Positions 1-8,980 of a stretch of 64,000 nucleotides of DNA are shown in pieces. Under the pieces are notes generated by a model that was not told the DNA's origin, did not search any database, and saw only the letters and a program-made list of their open reading frames with translations. Location of the stretch: positions 32,138 to 96,137 of the forward strand of contig CALRTZ010000003.1 in NCBI GenBank assembly GCA_943371235.1. Reading direction: 5' to 3'. This stretch comes from Sphingobacterium thalpophilum (lineage in GTDB: Bacteria > Bacteroidota > Bacteroidia > Sphingobacteriales > Sphingobacteriaceae). The translations under genes were made by a program, and so were the position numbers. Positions within the stretch are counted from its first letter, which is position 1. Every line of letters starts with the position of its first letter.

Positions 1-100
1 CTACGCCAAAATGTATCTCCAACAAACGACGGTGACCTTCTATGAATTTCATACAGGCCTCCTTATCGTCAACTGCTCTAAATGCTCTGATTTTTACCAT
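1..100 (-). CDS. hypothetical protein, N-terminal 33 codons only (gene runs off the left edge)
   Basis: ATG at 98-100 (minus), 12 nt downstream of the ThiF-like stop. The frame MVKIRAFRAVDDKEACMKFIEGHRRLLEIHFGV stays open to position 1. Hand-translated; absent from the ORF track because it is truncated. Confidence 0.3.
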   Translation of the reverse strand, partial: MVKIRAFRAVDDKEACMKFIEGHRRLLEIHFGV

Positions 101-112
101 GAGTTTTAGAGC

Positions 113-1207
113 TTACTTAATGAGTTCATTAAAATCAACATAATATCTACCCGAGAGTGTAGTTTGTTTTAATAATATTCTTCGACAAACATCAGTAACC
201 ATTGCACCACCTAATACAACAGAGGATGCAAGCTGAGGCCAAGTAGAAATTGTTTTACCCATTTCTGCTAATGAGAGGCGCATGCGATCTGAGATGTTTT
301 CGATTCCTACCATCGCACCTAACAATGGAACTTTTTCTTGATTACTTAAATTTCTTAGCGCATTTAAGTCGCCCATGTTTTCTGGTATTAGTCCATGTAA
401 CATCGGTCGATTTGGCTCTAAATCATATCGCTCAATATCAATCATCCCTCTGTCGTTGGTTTCCATTACCACAGGTATTCCCAATGATCTAGCTTTAATT
501 CTACTTAAAATTTTTACATCTAATCCATCACATTCTTCTACTAATACATCAATTTTACCATCTTCGGTCAAAAATGCATCAATATTTTGCTCTGTAATTC
601 CTTCTTTATAAATTTTAACTTTTACGTACGGGTCCATTTCGGCAATTTCTCTTGCTGCAATAACAGCCTTAGAGATGCCTATGTTTGTAACAGATGTCCG
701 TATTCTGTTCATATTGCTTAATTCTATAAGATCAAAATCGGCCAATCGAATTTCGCCACAAGTGCGCTCCATAACCAAGGTAAGTGCAATCATTTGACCA
801 ACGGATAGGCCAATAACTGCAATCTTTTTTTTCAATAAAATACTACGTTCTTCTGGGGTAATTTTATATAGATTCCTACTAGTTCTCAATTCAATAAACT
901 CATCTTTTCCTAAAAGATGAACCAACTTCTTGTTCCAAGGGTAATACACCCAACATCCATAATAATGCGCTTGCTTTCCAGCTAAAAGCACCTGTATTTG
1001 CTCTTCGTACTCGTGTTCCGATAAAGCTGCCTTCGGGTTACGAATTTTAACCAATTCACGTAATTGACTATATAATTCGTCGATTACAATAGTATCTTGA
1101 TGTTCATCGATTAGTTGCTGAACTTCAAGCTTTTCATTATGGTTGTTGATGTTAAAAACTCTTGGCAAGAAGGCATCATTCAATATACTTTCTTTATATT
1201 TTAACAT
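113..1207 (-). CDS. ThiF/MoeB/HesA-family E1-like adenylyltransferase domain protein
   Basis: 364 aa. Rossmann-type nucleotide loop KIAVIGLSVGQ followed by RLADFDLIELSNMNR, typical of the ThiF superfamily. No catalytic-Cys or rhodanese extension recognised. Confidence 0.7.
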   Translation of the reverse strand: MLKYKESILNDAFLPRVFNINNHNEKLEVQQLIDEHQDTIVIDELYSQLRELVKIRNPKAALSEHEYEEQIQVLLAGKQAHYYGCWVYYPWNKKLVHLLGKDEFIELRTSRNLYKITPEERSILLKKKIAVIGLSVGQMIALTLVMERTCGEIRLADFDLIELSNMNRIRTSVTNIGISKAVIAAREIAEMDPYVKVKIYKEGITEQNIDAFLTEDGKIDVLVEECDGLDVKILSRIKARSLGIPVVMETNDRGMIDIERYDLEPNRPMLHGLIPENMGDLNALRNLSNQEKVPLLGAMVGIENISDRMRLSLAEMGKTISTWPQLASSVVLGGAMVTDVCRRILLKQTTLSGRYYVDFNELIK

Positions 1208-1339
1208 TTGTTGTTGTTCTCTGGCTCTAAAATCATTAAAATTAGTATTAAATATCCAAATAAAATCCGATATTTATAGAAATAATCGTTTATTTTATCA
1301 ATTTATAGAAAAATTAAACACCCCAAGCCCCAATTTTAG

Positions 1340-1804
1340 ATGACTGATTCTCGTATAAAAATACTTTATGTAGATGATGAGGAAAATAACCTAAACTCCT
1401 TCAAAGCCGCATTCAGAAGAGAATATGACGTAAGTGTTGCAATCTCTGCTACTGAAGCAAAAGAAATTCTGAAAGAGAAAAAATTTGAAATCATTATCAC
1501 CGATCAACGCATGCCTGGTGTAACAGGTGTTGATTTTTTGGCAAGCATTATCAATGAATATCCCGAAGCTATCAGAATGTTATTAACTGGTTATGCAGAT
1601 ATTCAAGCTGTAATTGATGCGATAAACAAAGGTCAGATTTATCAATACATTACTAAGCCATGGGACGAACAGCAGATGCGAGTGATTATTAACAATGCAT
1701 ATGAAATATTTTCATTGCGTCAGGAAAACAAAGAATTACTGAAGAGTTTAATTCGTGCAAATGAGCAGCTAGAATTTTTACTTCGCCAAAAGCTTCTCTC
1801 TTAA
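1340..1804 (+). CDS. response regulator, receiver domain only (CheY-like)
   Basis: ILYVDDEENN ... IIITDQRMPGVTG ... TKPW receiver signature. No output domain; no kinase gene adjacent. Confidence 0.85.
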   Translation: MTDSRIKILYVDDEENNLNSFKAAFRREYDVSVAISATEAKEILKEKKFEIIITDQRMPGVTGVDFLASIINEYPEAIRMLLTGYADIQAVIDAINKGQIYQYITKPWDEQQMRVIINNAYEIFSLRQENKELLKSLIRANEQLEFLLRQKLLS

Positions 1805-1805
1805 T

Positions 1806-2165
1806 TTATTTACGTTTTTGTTTGCGCGGACTTTTAGCACTTTTTAAGGCTTCTAATTCTGCCGCCATTTTCATCATTTGAATTTTCAAGTCGTCAATTG
1901 AATTCTCTATTTGAACAGCACTTTTATACCCTTTTTGATCCGACTCTGCAATCACATTCGTAGTTTCCATTTCTAAAATATCACTTGCTTTAATTCCCAA
2001 TATTTTAGCAATTTTTAGTAACCTAGAAACCGTAAGGTCCGTTACATCTCTCTCAATATTAGAATAAGAGGCTACAGAAATATCAAGTTCATTTGCCATG
2101 TTTTCTTGGCTTAAACTTTTAATTGCTCGCAATATTCTAATTCTTTCTCCGATAGTCGATTTCAT
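1806..2165 (-). CDS. XRE-family helix-turn-helix transcriptional regulator
   Basis: N-terminal IGERIRILRAIKSLSQENMANELDISVASYSNIE matches the Cro/C1 HTH pattern. Coiled-coil, basic C-terminus. Confidence 0.8.
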   Translation of the reverse strand: MKSTIGERIRILRAIKSLSQENMANELDISVASYSNIERDVTDLTVSRLLKIAKILGIKASDILEMETTNVIAESDQKGYKSAVQIENSIDDLKIQMMKMAAELEALKSAKSPRKQKRK

Positions 2166-2328
2166 AATTCTAAAATTAATTCTAGAATTTGATACGTCTT
2201 TACAATAATTATAGATTAGTTTTAGTTAAAATTGAATAATTCTATTAATTCTGATATTATTCTATACAAATAATATTGTTTTTGAAAAAAATAATAAATT
2301 CTGTATTTTGTTTGTAAAATAAGAGAAC

Positions 2329-2787
2329 ATGGCATTACCGAATATTTATACAGAAAAAGGAACGGATGAATTCATTGCACGCATCAATCAATTAAGTCCG
2401 ATTAGCCAACGCAGGTGGGGTAAAATGAATGTATCGCAAATGTTGGCACATTGCTGTGTACCTTATGAACAGCTATTAGGTGAAAGAAGTGATGGTCCAA
2501 ATGCGGTGATGAAATTAATAATGAAATTATTTTTTAAAGGAACCATGACAAATGAAATTCCTTATAAACCTAATTTGCCTACAGCTCCCTCTTTTATTAT
2601 TGTAGATCAACGCGATTTTGAAAAAGAGAAGCAACGATTGATTCAGTATGTAAGAAAACCATTGGAATTAGGTGAAGCACATTTCGAAAACAAGTATCAA
2701 ATTAGCTTAGGCAAATTAACTGCAAAAGAATGGAACAACTTACTTTGGAAACACTTAGATCATCATTTGAGGCAATTTGGAGTGTAG
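2329..2787 (+). CDS. DUF1569 (DinB-like fold) family protein
   Basis: 152 aa. The RRWGKMNVSQMLAHC motif resembles DUF1569 proteins common in Bacteroidota. Confidence 0.55.
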   Translation: MALPNIYTEKGTDEFIARINQLSPISQRRWGKMNVSQMLAHCCVPYEQLLGERSDGPNAVMKLIMKLFFKGTMTNEIPYKPNLPTAPSFIIVDQRDFEKEKQRLIQYVRKPLELGEAHFENKYQISLGKLTAKEWNNLLWKHLDHHLRQFGV

Positions 2788-2789
2788 CT

Positions 2790-2866
2790 TTTTAGAATTT
2801 AGATATTAGATTTTAGTATTTAGATATTAGATTTTAGTATTTAGACATTTGAAATTAGAATCTGAA
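2790..2866. repeat. 7-bp-period tandem array (TTTAGAW units), including an exact 21-bp duplication
   Basis: agatattagattttagtattt occurs at 2801-2821 and again at 2822-2842. The array sits between convergent genes and overlaps the stop of the 2855..3796 gene. Confidence 0.85.
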
Positions 2867-3796
2867 TGCTACGCTTGATATAAGTGAGCGAGTTAATCCG
2901 TCGGCACGTACTTTACGTACTATTAAAGGAAATGCCAAGCTTACATCAATAGCCTTATTATTTTTTAGTTGATGTGAAGAATTCCCAATTACATTTAAGG
3001 TTAATCCGTTTGAGTTTGGTAGGTCTTTTTCAATACTTGTAATTGGATCTTGCACTCGATCATTCTGAACTCTATAAATTGCCAATACACTTGGAGTTAC
3101 CATCCATTTTTTAGTTACATTGATATTTCTTTCTGCTTTCAAAATCGCATCATCTCCTCTAAAAAATTTATACGAGCCAAAATAATTGGCAGCATCTGCA
3201 TTATTAACCCAATCTGCTGAGCTAGCCAAAAAAGAATTTTCGTTTGAAGAGATTAATACTTTTTGATAGGCGGTTGTAAAATTCCATTGTTTGTATTGAT
3301 AAACAAACCCAAGTATTCCATCAAAAGTTCCTAAGCTTGTTTGGTAAGGCATTGGCAATGCTTTACCCTTGTCACTTAAGTTTGAATTATTGACAGGAAT
3401 TTTGAACCCAATTATAGTACTGATGGATGAACGCTCATTTATTTCTTTATAAATGGTAGAACTTAGAGATAAATCGCCAATGCCATTGGTATTTGCAAGA
3501 TTGCCTATGTTAACTAAATATGGCAATTTTAATTGCAAGTAAATTGCTGGATTTATTTTCCAGTTTAATTCGGCAACACCTACAAAATGTAAGGTATTTT
3601 GCTCGCCAAGACCGATACTTTGTGTTACTTTATAATTGATGGAAGATATTTTTTCGTTGCTTGTATTTACACTATCACCTGTGTACAAATGAGGAGCACC
3701 CATGGTACAAACTCCGGCATCACTACAACCTTGAGCGATTGTTTGAGCCGAATATAGAAATAAGAAAATAGAAAATAGTAAGAAGCGAATATGCAT
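2855..3796 (-). CDS. putative outer-membrane beta-barrel protein
   Basis: Signal peptide, alternating beta-strand-like sequence and a C-terminal aromatic residue (..VAFRF). No specific family recognised with confidence. Confidence 0.5.
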   Translation of the reverse strand: MHIRFLLFSIFLFLYSAQTIAQGCSDAGVCTMGAPHLYTGDSVNTSNEKISSINYKVTQSIGLGEQNTLHFVGVAELNWKINPAIYLQLKLPYLVNIGNLANTNGIGDLSLSSTIYKEINERSSISTIIGFKIPVNNSNLSDKGKALPMPYQTSLGTFDGILGFVYQYKQWNFTTAYQKVLISSNENSFLASSADWVNNADAANYFGSYKFFRGDDAILKAERNINVTKKWMVTPSVLAIYRVQNDRVQDPITSIEKDLPNSNGLTLNVIGNSSHQLKNNKAIDVSLAFPLIVRKVRADGLTRSLISSVAFRF

Positions 3797-3867
3797 ATGA
3801 TATCTGTTTTAATCAAATATCAACTTTTAAAATCATAAAAATGTAAGCTAGCCGAGAAATAAGCGAT

Positions 3868-3905
3868 AAAAAAAGCCTCACTAAAATTAAATTAGAGAGG
3901 CTTTA
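3868..3905 (-). terminator. rho-independent terminator downstream of the 3922..4350 gene
   Basis: The minus strand reads aaagcctctc-loop-gagaggcttttttt: a GC-containing stem followed by a T-tract. Confidence 0.6.
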
Positions 3906-3921
3906 TTAAGTGTATAATCTT

Positions 3922-4350
3922 TTATTTTACATCAATATTGGTAAAAGTTCCAGATAGAGTACCCGTTGTACTTGCGCTAGAAAAAATACCTGTAGTTTTT
4001 GTACTTGTAATTGCACTAATGGTAACGGCCCCTGCATTTGCTACATATAAGGAAGTACCGTTTAAATAAGAAACAGCGTTTAATCCACCTATTGTATACA
4101 AACCCACCGTATCAGCAGCTAAATTAATTTCAACCAACATTGCTGAACCACCTTTAAATGCTTTAATGGTATTGTATCGCGAATCGAAATAAGCAGAATC
4201 GGCAGTAACAGAGGTAGTGTTGTTATCTGTTGTAAATACAAAAGAACCAGCATTGGCAGTATTTAATGTATCCTCTGCATCATCTTTAGAACAAGCCGAG
4301 AAAATTGAGACAGTAGCTAATAGAATAGCTGAGTAAATTAATTTTTTCAT
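3922..4350 (-). CDS. hypothetical lipoprotein
   Basis: Signal peptide with lipobox (..SIFSAC). Ser/Thr-rich 142-aa protein. Confidence 0.6.
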   Translation of the reverse strand: MKKLIYSAILLATVSIFSACSKDDAEDTLNTANAGSFVFTTDNNTTSVTADSAYFDSRYNTIKAFKGGSAMLVEINLAADTVGLYTIGGLNAVSYLNGTSLYVANAGAVTISAITSTKTTGIFSSASTTGTLSGTFTNIDVK

Positions 4351-4438
4351 TTATTATTTAGTTTATGCTACAAAGCTATGTGCTAAACCAGTTTTGTATA
4401 TACCCATTGGTGGGTATATATGCGTACGTAATAATAAC

Positions 4439-4464
4439 AAAGCCCCACATTTCTGTGAGGCTTT
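4439..4464 (-). terminator. stem-loop terminator (copy 2, after the degenerate tRNA-like copy)
   Basis: aaagcctcaca-gaaa-tgtggggcttt on the minus strand followed by gttatt. Part of a 39-bp exact duplicate of 4571-4609. Confidence 0.5.
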
Positions 4465-4465
4465 G

Positions 4466-4560
4466 CGGAATAGCTTGTGCCGATTTTATCGGTAGACGGG
4501 AACTAACCCGCGACCTTCCCGACGCGTCGGGACAAGCATTCTAATCAGCTGAACTTTGTA
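4466..4560 (-). pseudogene. degenerate tRNA-like copy (non-functional by inspection)
   Basis: It retains the D-arm (gttcagctgattagaat), the T-arm start (ggtcgcgggtt) and the 3' acceptor strand attccgc. However, the anticodon loop has only 6 nt (tcccg-acgcgt-cggga), the 5' acceptor strand is destroyed, and about 23 nt are inserted before the 3' acceptor strand. Confidence 0.5.
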
Positions 4561-4576
4561 TATAGTATAAAATAAC

Positions 4577-4602
4577 AAAGCCCCACATTTCTGTGAGGCT
4601 TT
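4577..4602 (-). terminator. rho-independent terminator after tRNA-Asp
   Basis: 11-bp stem aaagcctcaca/tgtggggcttt with a GAAA loop, followed by gttatttt on the minus strand. Confidence 0.65.
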
Positions 4603-4603
4603 G

Positions 4604-4677
4604 CGGAATGGACGGGATTCGAACCCGCGACCTCCTGCGTGACAGGCAGGCATTCTAACCAGCTGAACTACCACTCC
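4604..4677 (-). tRNA. tRNA-Asp (anticodon GTC)
   Basis: The minus strand reads GGAGTGGTAGTTCAGCTGGTTAGAATGCCTGCCTGTCACGCAGGAGGTCGCGGGTTCGAATCCCGTCCATTCCG. The cloverleaf folds by hand (7-bp acceptor, GTC in a 7-nt loop, GGTTCGAATCC T-loop) and resembles E. coli tRNA-Asp. CCA is not encoded. Confidence 0.9.
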
Positions 4678-4700
4678 GTTTTATTTTCTTTTAATAATTT

Positions 4701-4757
4701 AGCTAGCGTCCTTCCCGATACAATCGGGACATTATAACCAGCTGAACTACCACTCCG
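4701..4757 (-). pseudogene. truncated tRNA 5' fragment (acceptor 5' strand, D-arm, anticodon arm)
   Basis: The minus strand reads GGAGTGGTAGTTCAGCTGGTTATAATG-TCCCG-ATTGTAT-CGGGA-AGGACGC, then AT-rich non-tRNA sequence. There is no T-arm and no 3' acceptor strand. Confidence 0.55.
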
Positions 4758-4780
4758 TTTTGTAATTCTTTAAAATATTT

Positions 4781-4835
4781 ACTTAGCGTCCTTCCCGATA
4801 CAATCGGGACATTCTAACCAATTAAATATTTTCCG
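4781..4835 (-). pseudogene. second, more decayed copy of the truncated tRNA 5' fragment
   Basis: Same gtcccgattgtatcgggaaggacgcta core as 4701-4757, but the acceptor/D region has diverged (cggaaaatatttaattggttagaat). Confidence 0.45.
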
Positions 4836-4911
4836 TTTTTTACTGGACTGCAAATATACAGTCTTATGTCGTTTTATCAATAAAAAAGTGAAAAAATATA
4901 CTAATGTACTA

Positions 4912-5991
4912 TTATACAGTCCCTTCTTTCATTCTTTCCGCATTCTCAGCGAACTGTAATCCATCAATTATGTCTTGTATATCGCCGTTCATTACTCCCG
5001 GCAAGTTATACGAGGTCATTCCAATGCGGTGCTCTGTAAGCCTGCTTTGTGGGAAATTGTAGGTTCTAATCTTCGCAGACCTGTCGCCTGTAGCAACCAT
5101 CGTTTTACGCTTTTTAGACACTTCCTCTAAATGCTTCGCATACTCCATCTCATAAATCCTCGATCTTAATACTCCTAATGCTTTCTCGTAGTTCTTCATC
5201 TGCGATTTCTCGTCTTGGCACTGCGCCACAATACCCGTTGGTATATGCGTTAAACGCACCGCAGAGTAGGTAGTGTTTACCGACTGCCCTCCAGGACCCG
5301 ATGAACAGAATAAGTCTTTACGGATATCGTTCGTTTTTAAATCGATGTCGAATTCATCTGCTTCTGGTAATACTACTACCGATGCCGCCGAAGTATGTAT
5401 TCTTCCTTGTGTTTCGGTTGCGGGTACTCGTTGCACTCTGTGTACTCCAGATTCGTATTTTAATGTGCCATATACATCTTCACCCGAAACGTTCAATACA
5501 ATCTCCTTATATCCTCCTGCGGTTCCTGGTGTGTAATCTACTAAATCAACTTTCCAACCTTTAGTTTCCGAATAGCGTTGGTACATTCTAAATAAATCGC
5601 CAGCAAAAATACTTGCCTCATCTCCTCCTGTACCTGCTCTTATCTCTACAATGGCATTCTTAGCATCCTCAGGGTCGGTTGGGATCAACATCAAGCGGAT
5701 GTCGTCTTCCATTGTATCTCTCTGCTGTATTAAATCATCTAACTCCGACTTGGCCATCTCTCTAAACTCTTCATCTTTCTCTGTAGCCAATATCTCTTTG
5801 TTGGATTCAATGTTGCTCATCACATTACTATAAATATTGTATTGAGCCACTATCTTCGATAAGTCTTTATATTCTTTGTTGAGTTGAGCGAAACGCTTCA
5901 TGTCGCTCATCGCTTCTGGGCTAGAAAGTTCTTTTTCTACGTCCTCGAAGCGGTTTTTTATAGCCAAAAGCTTTTCTAACATGTCGTTCAT
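4912..5991 (-). CDS. prfA: peptide chain release factor 1
   Basis: GGQ motif ([11 protein letters not shown]) and an RF1-type PAT tripeptide ([14 protein letters not shown]). Start moved to ATG 5991 (MNDMLEKLL...); the 19-codon extension in the ORF track looks spurious. Confidence 0.95.
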   Translation of the reverse strand: MNDMLEKLLAIKNRFEDVEKELSSPEAMSDMKRFAQLNKEYKDLSKIVAQYNIYSNVMSNIESNKEILATEKDEEFREMAKSELDDLIQQRDTMEDDIRLMLIPTDPEDAKNAIVEIRAGTGGDEASIFAGDLFRMYQRYSETKGWKVDLVDYTPGTAGGYKEIVLNVSGEDVYGTLKYESGVHRVQRVPATETQGRIHTSAASVVVLPEADEFDIDLKTNDIRKDLFCSSGPGGQSVNTTYSAVRLTHIPTGIVAQCQDEKSQMKNYEKALGVLRSRIYEMEYAKHLEEVSKKRKTMVATGDRSAKIRTYNFPQSRLTEHRIGMTSYNLPGVMNGDIQDIIDGLQFAENAERMKEGTV

Positions 5992-6145
5992 ATCCTGTAT
6001 TTCTCCTTTAAAAGAATGCAAAATTAAGCAAAAAACGCTTAAATACACGTATATAGAACCTAAATTTTAATGGAAGGTTTTAGAATGCACACTTTATGAT
6101 ACTAGCTCAATACATCAAATTATCTCCAAAAATAGAAATGTGTGA

Positions 6146-6177
6146 AAACAAAAAAGCCGATTGTTAAATCGGCTTTG
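6146..6177 (-). terminator. rho-independent terminator downstream of the 6183..6560 gene
   Basis: The minus strand reads aaagccgatttaacaatcggcttttttgtttt. Confidence 0.6.
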
Positions 6178-6182
6178 GGTAA

Positions 6183-6560
6183 TTACGCATGACGAATGCC
6201 TTGCAGTAACATATTTAATTTGAATTCTTGCTCCTTAATTGATTTGATAATCTCACCAACCATGGGTGCATTTTTTTCTATGAACTGATCACGTGTAGTG
6301 GTGGCAGACTTAATATGTATTAAAGCCTGTATTCTGTTTGTTATAATTTGATCAACTTCAACATCAAATAAAACAGCAAGCTTATTATAGTTCTCCATGT
6401 TTGTTTGACTATCGAAATTTTCGATTTTAGAATACGCAGATTGTGTTAAACCAATTTTTGTTGCCACTTCTTTCTGAGTATAGTTGCGCAATTCTCTTAA
6501 CTGCTTTAATGTGATGAATGTATACATAAAATTAAATATTTGGGGTTTTATAATACTCAT
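6183..6560 (-). CDS. XRE-family HTH transcriptional regulator
   Basis: LKQLRELRNYTQKEVATKIGLTQSAYSKIE HTH pattern. The true start may be the internal ATG at 6527 (MYTFITLKQLR). Confidence 0.75.
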   Translation of the reverse strand: MSIIKPQIFNFMYTFITLKQLRELRNYTQKEVATKIGLTQSAYSKIENFDSQTNMENYNKLAVLFDVEVDQIITNRIQALIHIKSATTTRDQFIEKNAPMVGEIIKSIKEQEFKLNMLLQGIRHA

Positions 6561-6742
6561 TTTACAATATACATGCCGTTAAATTTCAGGAATGGACCAT
6601 GATTCAGAAAGTGCCAAAAAACATCTTAAAACAGCGTTTTACTCTTATTTGTGCATTGTCATTAATAAAATATTATCCAAACAATAAACTATTATTCCCA
6701 AAATAGAACATGAGTATTACAGAATTACATTTCTATATACTA

Positions 6743-7525
6743 TTATTCTTTAGTTTGAAGTATGAGCTGTTTATTTTTCAGGAAAAAATAAATTTGATTT
6801 GAAAAAAGATAGGGTTTCTCGAGCTCTTTTAAGTTGGTAGATAAGGTATCTGTTTTTAATGATTGATAAAGTAACCAATTATTATTTTTTTGATAAAAAA
6901 TTCTGTTCGTTTCAACTTGTAAAATATCATCCACTAAAATTGGAATTGTTTTTTTATATCCTCCAAATAAATCAAAAACAAAAATTCCATTTTTTTTATC
7001 AACTAAAAAAAGTTCATCTCCATATTCTACAATTGCATGTGGCATTATTTTTTTCGATAACACTAAATATAAATCACCGCTTTGAAATATTACATTTAAT
7101 TGATCGTCGAGTTTTAATAATCGTCTGTTTAAATTATCGTACATCCACAAACCGTTGTTGTTTGAAGAGGCAATAGCTGATACCCAACCATCAGGATATG
7201 TATTTCTAATTTGCAGTGAATTTATTTCGGTTAAGTTCACATCCAAAAATTTCACAATGGCTTGGTCCGCGTAAAACACTACCACTCTCAATGGGTTGCT
7301 TACATCAATAGAACTTATTTTGCCACTTTTTAAATCTGCAAATTTAGTATAGCGTTGTATATTGGTTTCATATTTAGTAAGTATATTTTTTGCATCGTAA
7401 AAATATACGTTCCCAATTCTGTCTACTTTATAATCGATTACGTCATCAGCAATTTTTAATTCTGTTTGTGCAAATACAAAAACAGAACTGGTAATGATTA
7501 AAAAAAGTAGAAGTATTTTTTTCAT
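6743..7525 (-). CDS. hypothetical secreted protein
   Basis: Cleavable signal peptide (..VFVFAQ). 260 aa, no recognisable motifs. Nearly abuts the lpxH stop (2-nt gap). Confidence 0.6.
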   Translation of the reverse strand: MKKILLLFLIITSSVFVFAQTELKIADDVIDYKVDRIGNVYFYDAKNILTKYETNIQRYTKFADLKSGKISSIDVSNPLRVVVFYADQAIVKFLDVNLTEINSLQIRNTYPDGWVSAIASSNNNGLWMYDNLNRRLLKLDDQLNVIFQSGDLYLVLSKKIMPHAIVEYGDELFLVDKKNGIFVFDLFGGYKKTIPILVDDILQVETNRIFYQKNNNWLLYQSLKTDTLSTNLKELEKPYLFSNQIYFFLKNKQLILQTKE

Positions 7526-7527
7526 GT

Positions 7528-8277
7528 TTAAGATTCAAACTTTAGGAGTTCTATTCCATGCTCGTTCCATTTTGCATAGGTTTTATGATGTACCCATTCT
7601 CCTAAATTTATATAAGAACTTTTTTCGTTGAGTTGTATATTCAAAGGTAAATGCCTGTGGCCAAAAATAAAATAATCAAAATGTTCTTTTGCTAACACTT
7701 CTTTGCTATAAATGGCTAACCATTCATTTTCTTCACCTAAAAATTGCTCTTTACTATCGTTGGCAATTCTACTACTGCGCGACCATTTGTCGGCTATCCA
7801 TATCCCTAAATTTGGGTGAATCCTGGCGAACAACCATTGGCAAAGTTTACTTGCAAAAACTTTTTTCAAGAATTTATAAGTATAATCACCAGGGCCTAAA
7901 CCATCGCCGTGGCCAATTAATACTTTGTGTCCGTAGTTTTCTCGGATAATATTATCTCTATAAATTTTAACACCTAATTCTTTTTCAAAATAATCGAACA
8001 TCCACATATCATGGTTGCCAGTAAAAAAATAAACAGGAATACCGCTGTCAACAATTTCTGCAATTTTGCCTTGCAAACGAGCAAAGCCTTTTGGAATTAC
8101 TTTGTTATACTCAAACCAAAAATCAAAAATATCACCTACTAGATAAATCTCTTTTGCATCTGCCTTTACGAAATCTAGCCAACGTACTACGGCATTCTCT
8201 CTTGCTCTAGAGCTTTGTGCATCTGGCACTCCTAAATGAAAGTCGGAAGCAAAATAAATAGATTTATGTTCGTTCAT
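7528..8277 (-). CDS. lpxH: UDP-2,3-diacylglucosamine diphosphatase (calcineurin-like metallophosphoesterase)
   Basis: ASDFHLG, VGDIFDFWFEY, GNHDMW and GHRH metallophosphoesterase motifs in the LpxH arrangement. Confidence 0.8.
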   Translation of the reverse strand: MNEHKSIYFASDFHLGVPDAQSSRARENAVVRWLDFVKADAKEIYLVGDIFDFWFEYNKVIPKGFARLQGKIAEIVDSGIPVYFFTGNHDMWMFDYFEKELGVKIYRDNIIRENYGHKVLIGHGDGLGPGDYTYKFLKKVFASKLCQWLFARIHPNLGIWIADKWSRSSRIANDSKEQFLGEENEWLAIYSKEVLAKEHFDYFIFGHRHLPLNIQLNEKSSYINLGEWVHHKTYAKWNEHGIELLKFES

Positions 8278-8279
8278 TT

Positions 8280-8921
8280 TTATTGTTGATCATCAATTAA
8301 TATTACAAAAATTTCTCGTGGTCCGTGTGCTCCTAGTACCAATGTTTTTTCAATATCAGCAGTTCTGCTTGGGCCGGTAGTAGTACTAATCATTGTTGGC
8401 AGTTTATCACTGTATCTGTTTTGCACAATAGTTAGCGCATCACCAATATCTGCACAAAGCTGAGAGGTGTACGCAACTACAACATGTATATGTGGGTAGA
8501 TTGATAATCGTCTGCCTGCCTCAGATGCATTTGTAATAATAATACTGCCCGTTCTGGCAACTAATGCATCGCAGGTGGTAATACCAACGTTGGCTTGTTC
8601 AAAATTTACATCAGTATGTTGTATGTCTTTTATATTTTCTTTCAACCAAGCTAATGAATTTTCCCAACAAAAAAGTTCGGTCCATTTTCGTTCTGCAATT
8701 AATTGCTGTAAATCTAAAATGCATTGTTCTTTATTTTCACAAAATAAAAACTGCCCGTTAATTTTAGAAAATTCTTGAGCGAACTGAATCTCTAATAATT
8801 CATCTGATTGTTTATAAATAGGCCCTGATTCTTCTAGGCGTGGATATGGATTGTCTGTTTTCTCAATCAGTGCTTTTCTGATTTGTTTCAACATTCTTTC
8901 TTTAGGGGTGGCTTCGCGCAT
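8280..8921 (-). CDS. LUD-domain (LutC/YkgG-like) protein
   Basis: C-terminal TGPSRTADIEKTLVLGAHGPRE motif typical of the LutC/YkgG family. Confidence 0.75.
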   Translation of the reverse strand: MREATPKERMLKQIRKALIEKTDNPYPRLEESGPIYKQSDELLEIQFAQEFSKINGQFLFCENKEQCILDLQQLIAERKWTELFCWENSLAWLKENIKDIQHTDVNFEQANVGITTCDALVARTGSIIITNASEAGRRLSIYPHIHVVVAYTSQLCADIGDALTIVQNRYSDKLPTMISTTTGPSRTADIEKTLVLGAHGPREIFVILIDDQQ

Positions 8922-8945
8922 AGCACAAATTTAGTAAATAAATAG

Positions 8946-8970
8946 AAAAGGACGCTTAACGCGTCCTTTT
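8946..8970 (-). terminator. stem-loop terminator after ftsH
   Basis: aaaaggacgc-ttaac-gcgtcctttt, a perfect stem flanked by A/T tracts. Confidence 0.6.
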
Positions 8971-8980
8971 CATTGGTATT

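Noticed and set aside
4486-4674. 62-aa minus-strand ORF in the ORF track
   Set aside because: It is made entirely of tRNA-Asp, the degenerate tRNA copy and the terminator between them, so it is not a protein gene.
4351-4911. tRNA-associated integrative element or prophage at the tRNA-Asp locus
   Set aside because: The duplicated tRNA 3' end resembles an att repeat, but the copies are only 137 bp apart. No integrase or cargo genes lie between or beside them. It was therefore reported only as tandem duplication and decay.
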